From contig OX597817.1 in NCBI GenBank assembly GCA_951406725.2, positions 16,926,001 through 16,990,000 on the forward strand: a DNA stretch of 64,000 nucleotides. The letters are read 5' to 3'. This document shows, piece by piece, positions 24,324 through 37,402 of this stretch. This DNA comes from Octopus vulgaris. Lineage: Eukaryota. The notes under the pieces were generated by a model that saw only the letters and a program-made list of their open reading frames with translations, did not search any database and was not told where the DNA came from. A program made the position numbers and the translations under genes. How positions within the stretch are numbered: the first letter of the stretch is position 1; every line of letters starts with the position of its first letter.

Positions 24324-26435
24324 CTATATAGCTATACAACTTAAAAAGTTGTAACCATCTTAACATTATTACACCAATGCACAGTGTTCTGCGGTTTCTT
24401 TCACAAAAGGTTCGCACTTAACAGTGCACATGCAAAAATTGGCCTCAAAGAGAAGTCGTAATTGTTTCTAATTTTTGGCACAAAAGCAGCAGTTTTGAGG
24501 AGAGGGGAATAGTCGATCATATCGAGCCTACTACTTGACTGGTATCATATTTTATAGAGCTCGGATGGTTAAATGCCAAAGATGACACCGGCAGGATTTG
24601 AATGAAGGAAGTACAGTGCCGGAACAAATATTGCAATGTATTTTTCCGATGCACATTCTGTCAGATCACCGCCTTAGAAGAGAAGTCATTATATTGCGAA
24701 ATATTTTCACTGGTGTTCAAAAGCAAAAAAGAATAGAAAAAGTAAAAAACTATTATTCTTTCTCTATTACATATTAAGCGAGAACTTTTGAGACAGTTCT
24801 TCAAAGCTACACGTAAGGCCGATAGAATAAGTACTAGGCTTACAAAGAATAAGTCCTGGGGTCGATTTACTCGATTAAAGGCGGTGCTCCAGCATGGCCG
24901 CAGTCAAATGACTGAAACAAATAAAAGAATATAAGAATACTAATTAGAGCTAATATAAGAAATAGAGTTCTGTTATTTACTTTTAGTGTTGCTGAATATG
25001 CAACTGTCAATGACATAAAAAATTTCCCAATATGAAACCACACAAGTTTAATAATTTGTTTTAGTGCACCTATTAAAACGGCTGAACTAATTGGTATCGT
25101 TTTCTCTCCACAAACACGAAACAGTCTGGAAATGTTAAGAGAGAAGTACAGCTCACCATCTTTCAAGAAGGTAATCAGATATTGTGGACTTTGGTGATAG
25201 TGCGTATCTTAGGTTACATACTGTGTCCATTAAGCTCCACTCTTGTAGGAGTAATTTTAAGAATCTGTTGGGGGTTTTTTTGGGGTGGGGTGGCAAGTTT
25301 AAATCACGCATATGGTCAAGAAAATTTTGTTGAACTATGAAACGGGTTCTATTTTTTGTTCTGACTCGCTGATATTTCACTGAAGTTAAGGTGGCGTGCT
25401 GGCAGAATCGTTAACACACAGGGCAAAATGCTTAGCGACATTTCGTCTATCTCTGAGTTCAAATACCGCCGAGGTCGACTTTGCCTTTTATTCTTTCGGG
25501 GTTGATAAAATAAGTACCATTTGAGCACTGGGATCAATGTAATTGATTTATCTCTTTCTCGAAATTGCTGACCCAGTGCCAAAATTTGAAACCAATATTT
25601 CACTGAAATCATTAACAGAAAGACAGAAAAGGTTTTGTTTAGCAGTTGGTTAGCAGGACTTTTTATAGCAGGATGTAAAATTAGGTAAGAATTATTTTTC
25701 TTGGTTTTGCATGTATCCTTGTTTTGACAATATAAAAATAACAATCCATGTAACTCATTTTTCATTCCACAGAAAATTTCATTATATTTTTTCATATGAA
25801 AATCATTTATTAAGGTCGCCAGCACAGTTCAAACAGCATATGTGTGTTGCCCATATTTTGTCTGATCACATCCGAAAAAAAAGTGTTATAAATATTATTA
25901 ACGCTGCCTGCAACGCCCCTCCAGTTCTTTCATGAAATCAAATGACCACATTGTTTTGCAAGTACTAAGTGTCTCAGTCTAATATGTAATATACAAATAT
26001 CGTTATTTGTATACAAACAGTGAAAAAAAAGACATCCTAAAATTGGCAGACAGGAGAGAAGATATTTAAATTCCTTCTATAATTAAAATGCAATTCATCA
26101 AGGAACTTTATTGCTGAAATATGTTATTAAATATATAGGTTTTAATGTGAACGTTTGTGGAAAACAAAATCCCGAAACTGTATGTGATAGGGTTCCTGAT
26201 TAAGGATCTGAAATAACAAGTATTATTCAAAAACTACAATGACAAGGTAACTGAAATTATTTTATCGTTATCGGGATTTGAACTAAGAAGAATGATACCA
26301 AATACTGAAATACTTTTGGTAAACTATTTCGGCCATCGCGATCGTCCTACACTCATTACCGTTCGTGGCAGCAGACAAAATTCAGATTATATCATTATAT
26401 ACTGGCCCAAATGGTATTATTAATCCAAATTATAC

Positions 26436-26856
26436 ATATTTCTTTACTACCCACAAGGGGCTAAACACAGAGGGGACAAACAAGGACAGACATAGGTATT
26501 AAGTCGATTACATCGACCCCAGTGCGCAACTGGTACTTGATTTATCGACCCCGAAAGAGGATGAAAGGCAAAGTCGACCTCGGCGGAATTTGAACTCAGA
26601 ACGTAACGGCAGACGAAATACCTATTTCTTTACTACGCACAAGGGACTAAACACATAGAGGGGACAAACAAGGACAGACATAGGTATTAAGTCGATTACA
26701 TCGACCCCAGTGCGTAACTGGTACTTATTTAATCGACTTCGAAAGGGTGAAAGGCAAAGTCGACCTCGGCGGAATTTGAACTCAGAACGTAACGACAGAC
26801 GAAATACCGCTGAGCATTTTGTCCGACGTGCTAACGTTTCTGCCAGCTCGCCGCCC
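26436..26856 (-). mobile_element. SINE family D with two tandem bodies inside one TSD
   Basis: 15-bp TSD taatccaaattatac at 26421-26435 and 26857-26871. Confidence 0.9.
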
Positions 26857-27414
26857 TAATCCAAATTATACCATTAAGCACTAACCTATTTATTTGCTAA
26901 CCAACAAATATGTATTTACGGAGAAATATGCAAACAGGAAATGAAAAAGTAGAAAATAAATGGTAGGAAAAATTAGTCTACACCAGTAAAACAGTTACTC
27001 TTGACTAATTTCGTTTAACCAGTGATTTTGTTATGTTTTATTGTCATCATGAGTACCTTATCATACTTCACATTACTGCATAATAATGCTTTAATTATGG
27101 TGCTATTGCTCTTTATTTTAACTACTGAGCAATTTCATATTGGAATTCGCTTCATAATGATGTATGAGGCCTATTAAAACACATTTTCTAAATTTACGAC
27201 AATAATAATGATGTGGACATTTACGTTTTTTTTTTTTTAATTCTGTTAGTTCCTAGAATGTTCTAATTAGCTTTAAAATTTCGACATTCTCCTGATTTTT
27301 TTGTGGATTTTGACTAAGCTTTCGTTCAATCGGTGCGGAGGAAACTTCCACAACAATATAAAATCGAATGTAAGGATATTTATTTCTTTATTTTAGAAAT
27401 TAATAATATTCAAT

Positions 27415-27822
27415 AGGCGTAGGAGTGGCTGTGTGGTGAGTAGCTTGCTTACCAACCACATGGTTCCGGATTCAGTCCCACTGCGTGGCATCTTGGGCAA
27501 GTGTCTTCTACTATAGCCTCTGGCCGACCAAAGCCTTGTGAGTAGATTTGGTAGATGGAAACTGGAGGAAGCCCGAAGTATATATATGTATATATATATG
27601 TATGTGTGTGTATATGTTTGTGTGTCTGTGTTTGTCCCTCCCAACATCGCTTGACAACCGATGCTGGTATGTTAACGTCCCCGTAACTTAGCGGTTCGGC
27701 AAAAGAGACCGATAGAATAAGTACTAGGCTTACACAGAATAAGTCCCGGGGTCGATTTGCTCGACTAAAGGCGGTGCTCCAGCATGACCACAGTCACATG
27801 ACTGAAAAAAGTAAAAGAGTAA
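27415..27822 (+). mobile_element. SINE family A
   Basis: Full-length match. Confidence 0.9.
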
Positions 27823-28099
27823 AGTATTTTAGATAAAAAAAAACTTTCTTTCATAATTCCCGTTAGACATATAGGAATATTTGTAGCGAAACAACGATCG
27901 AAACATGTAGACATTTTTGTTCGTTTTTTAGTCAGGAAAGGGAAAAAATTACCCCTGACTCACTACAGGGCCTCCAACATAGATGGTTTGAAGGATGCTT
28001 CGGACGCCTGTAACAGCGGGGACTCTGCTAAAGACAGGTGACAACTGGCGTATGAGCCTAACGATAAAAGAAAACTACATTTGGCTGGAAAGTCCACAT

Positions 28100-28900
28100 T
28101 AATTCAATCAGAAAGAATACAGACGCCAAATATATCAACTTTTGAAAATGAGACTGTGAAGTTCTGGAATCATCGAATATGAATTTAGGAACTTTTTTGT
28201 TCCGAAATAACTGTAAATAGAAAAAAATAATTTAAAAAAACGAAAAAAAACTAAAGTAAAAAGATAAAATTTGAACAGTCTTGTATTTGATGAAACATAT
28301 ATGTATATTATACAAGACGCGTTGTATTATTTGATATCAGATTTAGATCATCGTATATAATACTCGCAAAATTGTAATAATACATCAAATGATATGCAGA
28401 GTCGTGGCAAGGTCATAACTCCTTTTGTCAATGAGACACGAGACAACCGACCAAAAGAAGGGTTAACTTGTATTCTAACATTGACCTCGTACAATAAATC
28501 AAGGCCAAGGTACTTAACTTAGTAAATTTGGCTGTAAATATTCACCGAGTTTCGGTACAGCTCACAACTGCAAGAAGTAGTAGCTCTTACTAATTAATGA
28601 ATGATTCATAATCTTTAAAGAGAGCAATATTCAAACATCCTTTAAGTTTAGTGAAACAAATGAGAAACCACTTCACTTATCAACTCCCTAAAAGAAGTCT
28701 TCAATTATTTAATTATCCACACCATTGGACGTAGGTTCTGATAAAAAACAACAACAACATGTAAACATAAGATGTGTTACAATCTATTCCATTTAAACTA
28801 ATTGGTCACAGAAATTCACAACAATGGATGATTTCTTCCACGACTATGGCAACTATTTCATCAGGAAAAATTGTCAGCTGAATTATAAGGCGTTTCCGTT
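28100..28900 (+). mobile_element. Possible very decayed piggyBac-like transposase
   Basis: Scattered peptides SKFGCK (about 28521), PKRSLQLF*LSTPLD (about 28687) and KMC (about 28768) occur in the order of piggyBac motifs. No open frame. Confidence 0.3.
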
Positions 28901-29869
28901 GTAGACTGTAAGCAGCAATGACCAGAAGTTGATCTTGAAAATGTTCGCATTATTTTGAGGACTTGCTATATTTTGCACAAAGCTGCTGATTATCAAAGTT
29001 GTTAAGGCGTCGAATCGGTTGGTATGCAGTAATTGCTCCGGTTCTCTACGCTCTGACTTCAAATCTTTCAAATCAACTTTGTTTTTATCCTTCTGGGGTC
29101 ATAAACAAAGGACCAGTCCTGCATTAGTGTCGGTTCTTTGTTTTCTTTTACTCATTTTCTGTTTTTCTTCAGAAAGAAATCGACTGTGGTCAGTCCTGAA
29201 GAGGTATGGGCTTCGCTAGGTCTGAAAAATGCTCAAGGCGTGCAGTATGTTACAACAACGCTCTTACGACTTCATCTGGAATTGAAGGCCCAATGCAAAC
29301 TAAGACATATTTTACATATTGCATACGTATTTCATTAGAGGGCCAAACATGTAAGCTGACGAACGCCATTTTCTTTTTATTAAAATGCAAACGTTTGCAT
29401 TTCTATGGTAAAGTGAATTAACGATACTGCAGTTCCTTCTGAATTTTACTGTAGACTAAAATGGAAATTCGACCGATCTCAGGATCTTTCAGTAAGACAA
29501 ACATTGAAATAGATCTTTGTTGGTGACTCCAAATTCAACGAAGGATTAAACTAGTCGCAATGAAGCTTCTGAAAATCTCATAAACTACACAGGAAGTGGC
29601 AAGTTGTACTTAGGCATGGTACGTATTTACTGCTAGGTTTGCTCTTCAGTACCAGACCAGCTCTAATAGAGAAAACATACAATCATCGATATTCTGGTCT
29701 TCACCATTCTGTCACGTCAGGACGTGATCGCTTAACTTGCAGCTTTGTTAACTCTCCATGTGGTTTCAAAAAACGATAGAATCTAACTGCATAATATAAC
29801 GCACGTATATGCATATATACATACATACATGCATACATCCATACATACATACATACATACATACATACA

Positions 29870-29900
<31 letters not shown>

Positions 29901-29909
29901 GTATATATA

Positions 29910-30322
29910 TTCTTTCATTCTTTTACTTGTTTCAGTCATTTGACTACGAAAATACTGGAGCATCGCCTCATAGGGATTTTTAGTCGAAGAAATTGACCCC
30001 ATGACGTATTCCTTGTAAGCTTAGTACTTATTTTATCGGTCTCTTTTGCCAATCTACTAAGTTACGGGGACGTAAACACACCAACATCGGTTGTCAAGCG
30101 ATGGAGGGGGAACAGATACAAACACGAAGACCCACACACAAATATGGACATATATATATATATTTACGACGAGGTTCTTTAAGTTTCCGTCTACTAAATC
30201 CTCTCACAAGGCTTTGGTCGGCCGAGGTTATAAAAGAAAACACTTGCCCAAGGTCTCACGCAGTGGGATTGAACCACGTGGATGAGAATCAAGCTTTTTA
30301 CCACACAGCCACCCCTGTGCCT
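29910..30322 (-). mobile_element. Diverged SINE family A
   Basis: Reverse-complement match. Confidence 0.8.
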
Positions 30323-30336
30323 ATATACATGTGTAT

Positions 30337-30377
<41 letters not shown>

Positions 30378-30395
30378 TGTGTGTGTGTGTGGACG

Positions 30396-30429
<34 letters not shown>

Positions 30430-32024
30430 TGTATGTATGTATGTATGTATGTATGTATGTATACATAAAAGGGTTGTTTTACGCTTTTCACATTGATTGG
30501 AATTTTGTAAATCTAATTTTCAAGCATTGTGGTGCTCAATAATTCGCTGCCATTCAAAATGGAGAAAAAACAAACGAAGCAAAAAGGAATTAAAGAAAAA
30601 TAACAGTGCATGCAAACCATAACAATATCCGAATCAGTAAAAGTAGGGCAAGAAAAACGAAGTTCAACTTGATTAGCATAAATGCAACGCCCAATATAAC
30701 TACAAAGTTTTTAGATTGACATAGAAACATTTCTCTAGTAACCACAAACGCCACATACTATTTAACAAAAATAATATAAAGGTCAGTTACAATTGCGCTA
30801 AAACCCTTACCTACCTCAAAGCTAGAATTAATTGTAAAAACCCCGTAAAAGCTAACTAAATTCACTTCAATACAACTAGCAACATCATATTCGGTTCTCT
30901 CTCTGGCAGATGTTAAATGAAGGTACTGGTGCGTTGAGCCAAGGTATTTTTGGCAGATAGTAATGAAAATGATATGTGTCTAATCGAAAAAGCATATAGG
31001 AACAAATTACACTAATCATTTTCAAACGGGAAAGACAAATGACGTACCACGTCACTGTCGCAATACATCTGGAGTCTGAAAGAGAAACGAATTAAAAACA
31101 TCAATATAACCTGGCCAAGCGTATAAACTGCACTCCAAGAGCATTCTTAAAAAACTGTACGAAATATTTAAGAAATCCGAATACGTGTCCAAATGAGGGT
31201 AACAAGGATGCAATCTGAAGAAATGTGATCTGAAACGGTATGTTGACATCAGTATTGTTATGTTTTGGAAAAGTCACACAGTTGTCTTTTTCTTTTGTGA
31301 TATTTTTTTTCTTTTTCCAGACAATGGGTTTAGGTTTTCAAATGATTTTGATCTACCAACTGATTTTTCTTCTGTTCTATGCTATTATGTTACATCTCTA
31401 TGGCAAGCACGTGAGCTGATGACGAGGTATAGTTTTGGGTTTCTATTTATTTGTTTGTTTTACTTGTTACTAGCATAAGTACACACGTGACATTTGTTGA
31501 GTTTTTTTGTCGTATTGTATCTATTCTTGCATTGTTGTGGTGATGGGTTGAGATTACGGAGACGTTATTACTCCCATTTATTCTTTCAATTAAACGTATG
31601 TTGTTGGAGTTACTGTCTACTCACTGTATTCGCACAGCCTTTATAATTTCTCTGAATATTTGGTATTTTAAAGGCGACGAGCAGGCAGAATTATTAGCAA
31701 GCCGTGTAAAATGTTTAACGGCATTTTGTTCATGTTTACGTTCTGAGTTCAAAATCTGTCGAGCTCGACTTTACCGTTCATCATTTTGGGGTCGATAAAA
31801 TAAGTCCCAGTTGAGTACTGGGATCGATGTAATCGACCTACTCCCTCCCCTGAACTTGCTAGCCTTGTATCAAAATTTGAAACCAATATTTGGTCTTTTA
31901 GATGCGAAAAGAAATTTTGCTGCATTTCTGTACAGTGTGTTGATATTGCATGGATGTTTACTTCATTTTATTGAATTATCGCCACTCATGCGGTTAGTTG
32001 TACACACTCTGCTGTTGTTATCAG

Positions 32025-32261
32025 CAGGGCTGTGGAGTCGGAGTCGGAAACAATTAAGGCTGTGAGGTCGGAGTCGGTAAAACTATACCGACTCCGACTC
32101 ACAATATCTTTATTCTTTAATATAAACCAGTCATAACATATAGGCCTGCTCAAAGTACAAGCGTATGAATATGGTCTATGAGATATGTAGACCACAGTCA
32201 CTTAATTACATAAATAGGAGTCGGAGTCAGAGGTACCAATAGTTTCGACTCCACAGCCCTG
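32025..32261. mobile_element. hAT-type MITE
   Basis: TIR cagggctgtggagtcg / cgactccacagccctg, internal (ggagtc)n subterminal repeats, 8-bp TSD gttatcag / gttaacag. Confidence 0.85.
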
Positions 32262-33302
32262 GTTAACAGTACAAGTTTTTTTCTTAAATGGATAAGAAGA
32301 CTCACATTGTAGTGATTTATAGCATGACAAAAACAACTTTCAAGGTATAATGTTCATCGACGATCTGGTACACCACTCACCAAAATGATCAGGATTTCGG
32401 TAAAGAGGTTCACTCATGAATCTGGACTAAAAAACTACTGCTTCTCGCTTCAAAGTACCTTTCAATATAACTTGGAATTAAAATTTCATTGTATTACCAA
32501 GAAATGCAACTGATACTCTAACCAGCCAACAAGCTTCGTAAAGAAGAAGCATCTAGTGCTAACGAGTTGTTTGAGGTAGTGAACCGCATATCGAAGATTT
32601 CCTGAATCTGATGGAACTTTTGGTTGAATTTCGATGGTGTGTTTTAGTAACTAGAACAAAATTCTTTCAACTGTGCTACACATGGAAGCCATGCACAAAA
32701 AATTAATGAACATTGAACTTTGAGAAGCTCAAACCTTGAGATTCGTTTGAAACATGTGCATTCAGATGCAAGCAAGTGCGAGTGGACAGAATAATGCAGA
32801 ACTTCTAAGAATTCATAAAGAAAAAGAAAACATATTGGGAAGATAATTGATGATAAAAATTCCAGTTAATTTCGTGTTTCTTGGACAATCTCTTAATTTC
32901 GTGTTTCTTGGACAATCTCTTAAAAGCTTTCGCAATCATATTTTTGCAGACCTCCAGGGAAACTGTGAATTAATGCATCGGCTTTTTGAGTGCGCAGTTC
33001 TTTGCCCAACTAAGAATGCCGTTAATTAATGGGGATTTAATGATCTTATAATACAATGCTTTTTAGTTCAAATAAAAACAAAAAGCGAAAGTATGAAACA
33101 GCCCACAGTTGTGATTATGCATATTTCTTGATTAGGGTGCAATCCAGAATGCGCGGAAAGTGAAAGTAAATTCTAGAATGACGGTCAGAAAGACGGGATA
33201 AAATGAGAAAGAAAGAATGAACTGCAATAATTTGGTGACATTGTGTAGCTTTTAGAGAAAAAAAGGAATATTACTAAAATACTCAATGTGTGTGTGTGTG
33301 TG

Positions 33303-33365
<63 letters not shown>

Positions 33366-33387
33366 TTAAAGCAGCAGAAAATTCAAC

Positions 33388-33434
33388 AAAACCTGTTACT
33401 GTGAGTTTCACGTTCCCGTTCGTCGGCAGTTTTT
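33388..33434 (-). ncRNA. Type I hammerhead ribozyme motif (left-arm copy)
   Basis: Mirror of 33522-33568 with a few changes in stems I and III. Confidence 0.55.
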
Positions 33435-33521
33435 GCTAGAATAGAACCGATATGTCAATTCTATCAAGACTAAGCGTTTATATTAGTCTGGATTGAATTG
33501 ACATATCGGTTCTATTCTAGC

Positions 33522-33568
33522 AAAACTGTCCGACGAACGGGAACGTGAAACTCAGAGTAACAGGTTTT
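33522..33568 (+). ncRNA. Type I hammerhead ribozyme motif (CCGACGA core, GUA site)
   Basis: aaaa ctgt CCGACGA acg ggaa cgt GAAAC tcaga GTA acag gtttt. Stems I, II and III all pair. Predicted cut after 33559. Confidence 0.7.
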
Positions 33569-33681
33569 GTTGAATTTTCTGCTGCTTTAAATAAAGCATA
33601 TTACTATACCACTGGTATTTGAGTACTCTTTTTTCCACCTTGTTTCACATTTATGTGTTTACTCCCGTATATATATATATA

Positions 33682-34259
33682 CTAGCAGCATAGCCCGGCG
33701 TTGCCCGGGTATGTAAGAACCCCTAGTAGGCAACGACTAATCCCAATGTAGTCTTTTCCCTCTAGGGAACGAAGGCGCATGTGCAGGTTGCAATGTCTTC
33801 TCTTCACTCGAATACTTCTGTGTATACGATGTTCCTAGCTGTCCCTTTGGGCGATAAAATGGTCGAGTCTGTCCCCTAGACAGAAAATGTGTTGCATATA
33901 AAAAGCTTAGATTCTCGAGCCAATGTCGAATTTATCGATTTTTTTCAGAACTGGGGAACTTTCAAAATTTTCACTGCGTTAGTTTTGAATTATGACATTG
34001 GGCTATGTGTGTGTCAAGGAATCGGGAACTTTTCAAAAAATTTTCATCGCCCGGCGTTGCTCGTTAGCTTTTTGAAGTTATGACAGTTTCGAGTTGCGCT
34101 AGACCATGGTTTGTGTGTCGACCCAAATTTATCATCTTTTCAGAATCGGTTTGAATTAGCATTGGCATGTGTGTCAAGTTTCATCAGAATCGGTTGAAAG
34201 CCGTGGTCAGGGTGAGGGTACAACCTGACAGACACAGAAACACGCACAGACAAACTGCC

Positions 34260-34270
<11 letters not shown>
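33682..34270 (-). mobile_element. Non-autonomous Helitron, chimeric with internal duplication
   Basis: CTAG end with hairpin cccgggcaacgccggg. A second, partial hairpin end lies at about 34046-34063. The 5' end is shared with 20728-21107. Confidence 0.75.
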
Positions 34271-34318
<48 letters not shown>

Positions 34319-34770
34319 TATAAACCACTTAAATATTAATATATAACGAATAACAAGAATAATGAAGATTATCTCTTATCTCTTCATACACGAACTTTTA
34401 TTACGCAATATTCTGTGAAATTATATTATAAATTTGGTGTTGTAACATGTATGTATACTTTCGTTAAGATGTAAAGGAAATGAAATCTCATATAGATATT
34501 TGTGTATATCTGTACGTAGGTATATATATGCATGTACATCTATTTGTTGCACACACGCATGTACTTATGTGTATGATGAATTATAATGTGGTAGCTCTAG
34601 TATAACTGTTATGATATTATGATATATGAATATATTGACTATGATTTTAAAATTAATAAGATTACATCTATCATAAATATCTGTTTATTGTATTATGTAT
34701 ACTATATAGTATACTATATATATTTGAATCTCCTATACTATGTACTGTGAAATGAAGATTACACAGAAGA

Positions 34771-34830
<60 letters not shown>

Positions 34831-34850
34831 GTTACATTACTCAATAGTCA

Positions 34851-34913
34851 AGATAAAACTCTGAGTTTCAGATGCCGAAGTGGAAATCCACAACACCATC
34901 TCTTCGGTTATCT
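34851..34913 (-). ncRNA. Type I hammerhead ribozyme motif (left-arm copy)
   Basis: Mirror of 35110-35172. Confidence 0.65.
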
Positions 34914-35109
34914 GGCTATTATGTGTGTGTGTATGAGGTTGTATACATATACGGATATATATATATATATATTTGGCGAAAAATGCGAGTGAAGATGTGT
35001 ACGTTTTCATAGTGACGTATAAGTACGCACGTGGGTTCGCGAGCAGAATTATAATACAGTAATTTCCCTTTATATAACGGTATTTTTTCATAGCATTTTT
35101 CAGATAGCC

Positions 35110-35172
35110 AGATAACCGAAGAGATGGTGTTGTGGATTTCCACTTCGACATCTGAAACTCAGAGTTTTATCT
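35110..35172 (+). ncRNA. Type I hammerhead ribozyme motif (CCGAAGA core, GUU site)
   Basis: agataa CCGAAGA gatg...catc t GAAAC tcaga GTT ttatct. 6-bp stem I, extended stem II with a gtgga/tccac hairpin. Confidence 0.7.
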
Positions 35173-35192
35173 TGACTATTGAGTAATGTAAC

Positions 35193-35255
<63 letters not shown>

Positions 35256-35407
35256 TTAATTGTCTATATGCTTGTACGTATGTTTCATTATATCTATATA
35301 TATGTTTATGTACATGTATAGGTGTATATATTTGCTTATGTATATATATATTGAATTGTACGTGTATCTTGTTTCATGTATATATTTATATTTTGAATGT
35401 ACTTTAT

Positions 35408-35536
35408 AATCTCTGATGAGGCCAATGGATATATATATAAGTACCTCATTTTTAACTGCCTACAACCTCAATAAAATTCATATGTATGGGCACAACAAAT
35501 TACTTTTTCCAAAGGCTGAAACAGCTGTAAGTGATT
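35408..35536 (+). ncRNA. Type I hammerhead ribozyme motif with long loop II (canonical CUGAUGA core)
   Basis: aatct CTGATGA ggcc ...about 90 nt... ggct GAAAC agct GTA agtgatt. Stem III is the palindrome ACAGCTGT. Stem I is imperfect. Confidence 0.6.
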
Positions 35537-35952
35537 TTAATGATTTTAATAATTCATATTAAGGTTTTTTAAATTGTATTCTTATCTTATATGTATTGAA
35601 TTTTATACTGTATATATGTATGTTTTTATGGTTGTCGTTTTGATAAATAAATAAGTCAACAATCTAATATCCGAAAGCTGATAAACCAACTAAATTCTTT
35701 CTCCATTTTCTTATTTGCAATATAAATTAATGGTAAAATATTTCTTTACCTTCACCCATTTAATACAATAAATAAATTTATTGCATTGCAATTAAAAACA
35801 CTTGTGTATTAATAATTTGGGTATTATACCAACAGTATATTGGATAAGTATTATCCCTTAGTGGGTTTGATCCACAACCCCTAACTTACTTGGTGCTATA
35901 TAATTATATATATATAATCATATATATGTATATATATATAAATATATATATA

Positions 35953-36014
<62 letters not shown>

Positions 36015-36039
36015 GTATATAAATATATAATCATATATA

Positions 36040-36296
36040 TACTCTTAACTCTTTTACTTGTTTCAGTCATTTGACTGCGGACATGCTGAAGAAACACCTT
36101 TAGTCGAGCAAATCGACACCACGACTTATTCTTTGTAAGCCTAGTACTTATGCCATCGGTCTTTTTTGCCGAACCGCTAAGTTACGGGGACGTAAACACA
36201 CCAGCATAAGTTGTCAAGCAATGTTGGGGGGACAAGCACAGACACACAAACATATACACATACACACACACATACATACATACATACATACATACA

Positions 36297-36328
<32 letters not shown>

Positions 36329-36337
36329 CACACACAT

Positions 36338-36380
<43 letters not shown>

Positions 36381-36510
36381 CGACGGGCTTCTACCAAATC
36401 CACTCACAAGGCTATAGTAGAAGACACTTGCCCAAGATGCTACGCAGTGGGACTGAACCCAGAACCATGTGGTTGGTAGGCAAGCTACTTACCATACAGC
36501 CACTGCTGCA
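36040..36510 (-). mobile_element. SINE family A with internal deletions
   Basis: Reverse-complement match. Confidence 0.85.
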
Positions 36511-36751
36511 CCAATATATATATAATTATATATTTTATAATTATATATATATGATTATATATATGTATAATTATATATATATATTATTATATATGTATAA
36601 TTATACATATATAATATTATATATATATATATAATTATGCATATATATACATATATATAATTATATAGTGAGAATTTACAAAAAAAAGACGAAGACGTGT
36701 GTGTAAAGAACAAACAGATGTATTAGTTTAACGCTTGGGAAGTGAAAAAGT

Positions 36752-36787
36752 CTTTTACGTTTCGACCCTACGCTCTTCGATAAGAAG
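36752..36787 (-). ncRNA. Decayed minimal hammerhead motif, related to 23196-23230
   Basis: Minus strand cttc ttatcga a gagc gtag ggtc GAAAC GTA aaag. The core 5' strand is mutated. Confidence 0.35.
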
Positions 36788-37402
36788 GATCAGAAATAAA
36801 CAGGGAGAGAAATTTAAAAAAAGGTTTAGTGGCTAGCGATCTATCATGGCGAATGCCGGACAGAGGGTCACACGGGAGAGCTAGGAAGAAGCGGAGATAA
36901 TAAAGTAGTGGTGATGCCTAAAGGAAGTTGCGTGTTGCGTGTATGTGAGAGCGTGTATGTGTGTGTGGTAGGGGGCTGGTGACATTGACGTGTGCGTGTG
37001 TGCATGTGTACGTGTTTGCAATTGGCTGTCAATTCCTCCTTCTGTTTCATTTTTGTATTCATATTCACATTTTTAATTCTCGTACCTAAGCATTCATGGA
37101 GCATTCGTGTATTTCAAACCTTCTTATCCAGTCACTCCCCATTTCTTTCTGTAAGCAATCTCAATTTGTGAGGAGTCTTTTGCTTGGTATATAACTGAAA
37201 CTTTACACACATCTTTCGGTGAAATTAGTTGTGCCTATGGCCAAAAACCTGAACTATGATAAAATTCAATTAAGGCATGCTTAACATTATCCATTCAATA
37301 ATTTCAGCTATGGGCACAGTTATTCCTGTGGCACATTCAAATTCAGTTGACTGTCCATTGATTTTCAACCGAATTATAATGGACTTCTTTTCATTGCATT
37401 TA

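Larger units (their letters stand above)
33361..33667. mobile_element. Inverted-repeat hammerhead-bearing element in (TA)n (Penelope-like pLTR derivative)
   Basis: Arms 33361-33473 and 33483-33595 with a 9-nt spacer. Right arm extends to 33667. A truncated second copy lies at about 51788-51925. Confidence 0.8.
34828..35195. mobile_element. Second inverted-repeat hammerhead-bearing element, between (TTA)n and (TA)n
   Basis: Arms 34828-34919 and 35104-35195 are near-perfect reverse complements. A related single copy lies at 51378-51484 (-). Confidence 0.8.

Noticed and set aside
32300-33170. Possible decayed hAT transposase, including a tandem duplication of about 27 bp near 32866-32920
   Set aside because: Only a faint LVQIKTK similarity and no reading frame or termini.
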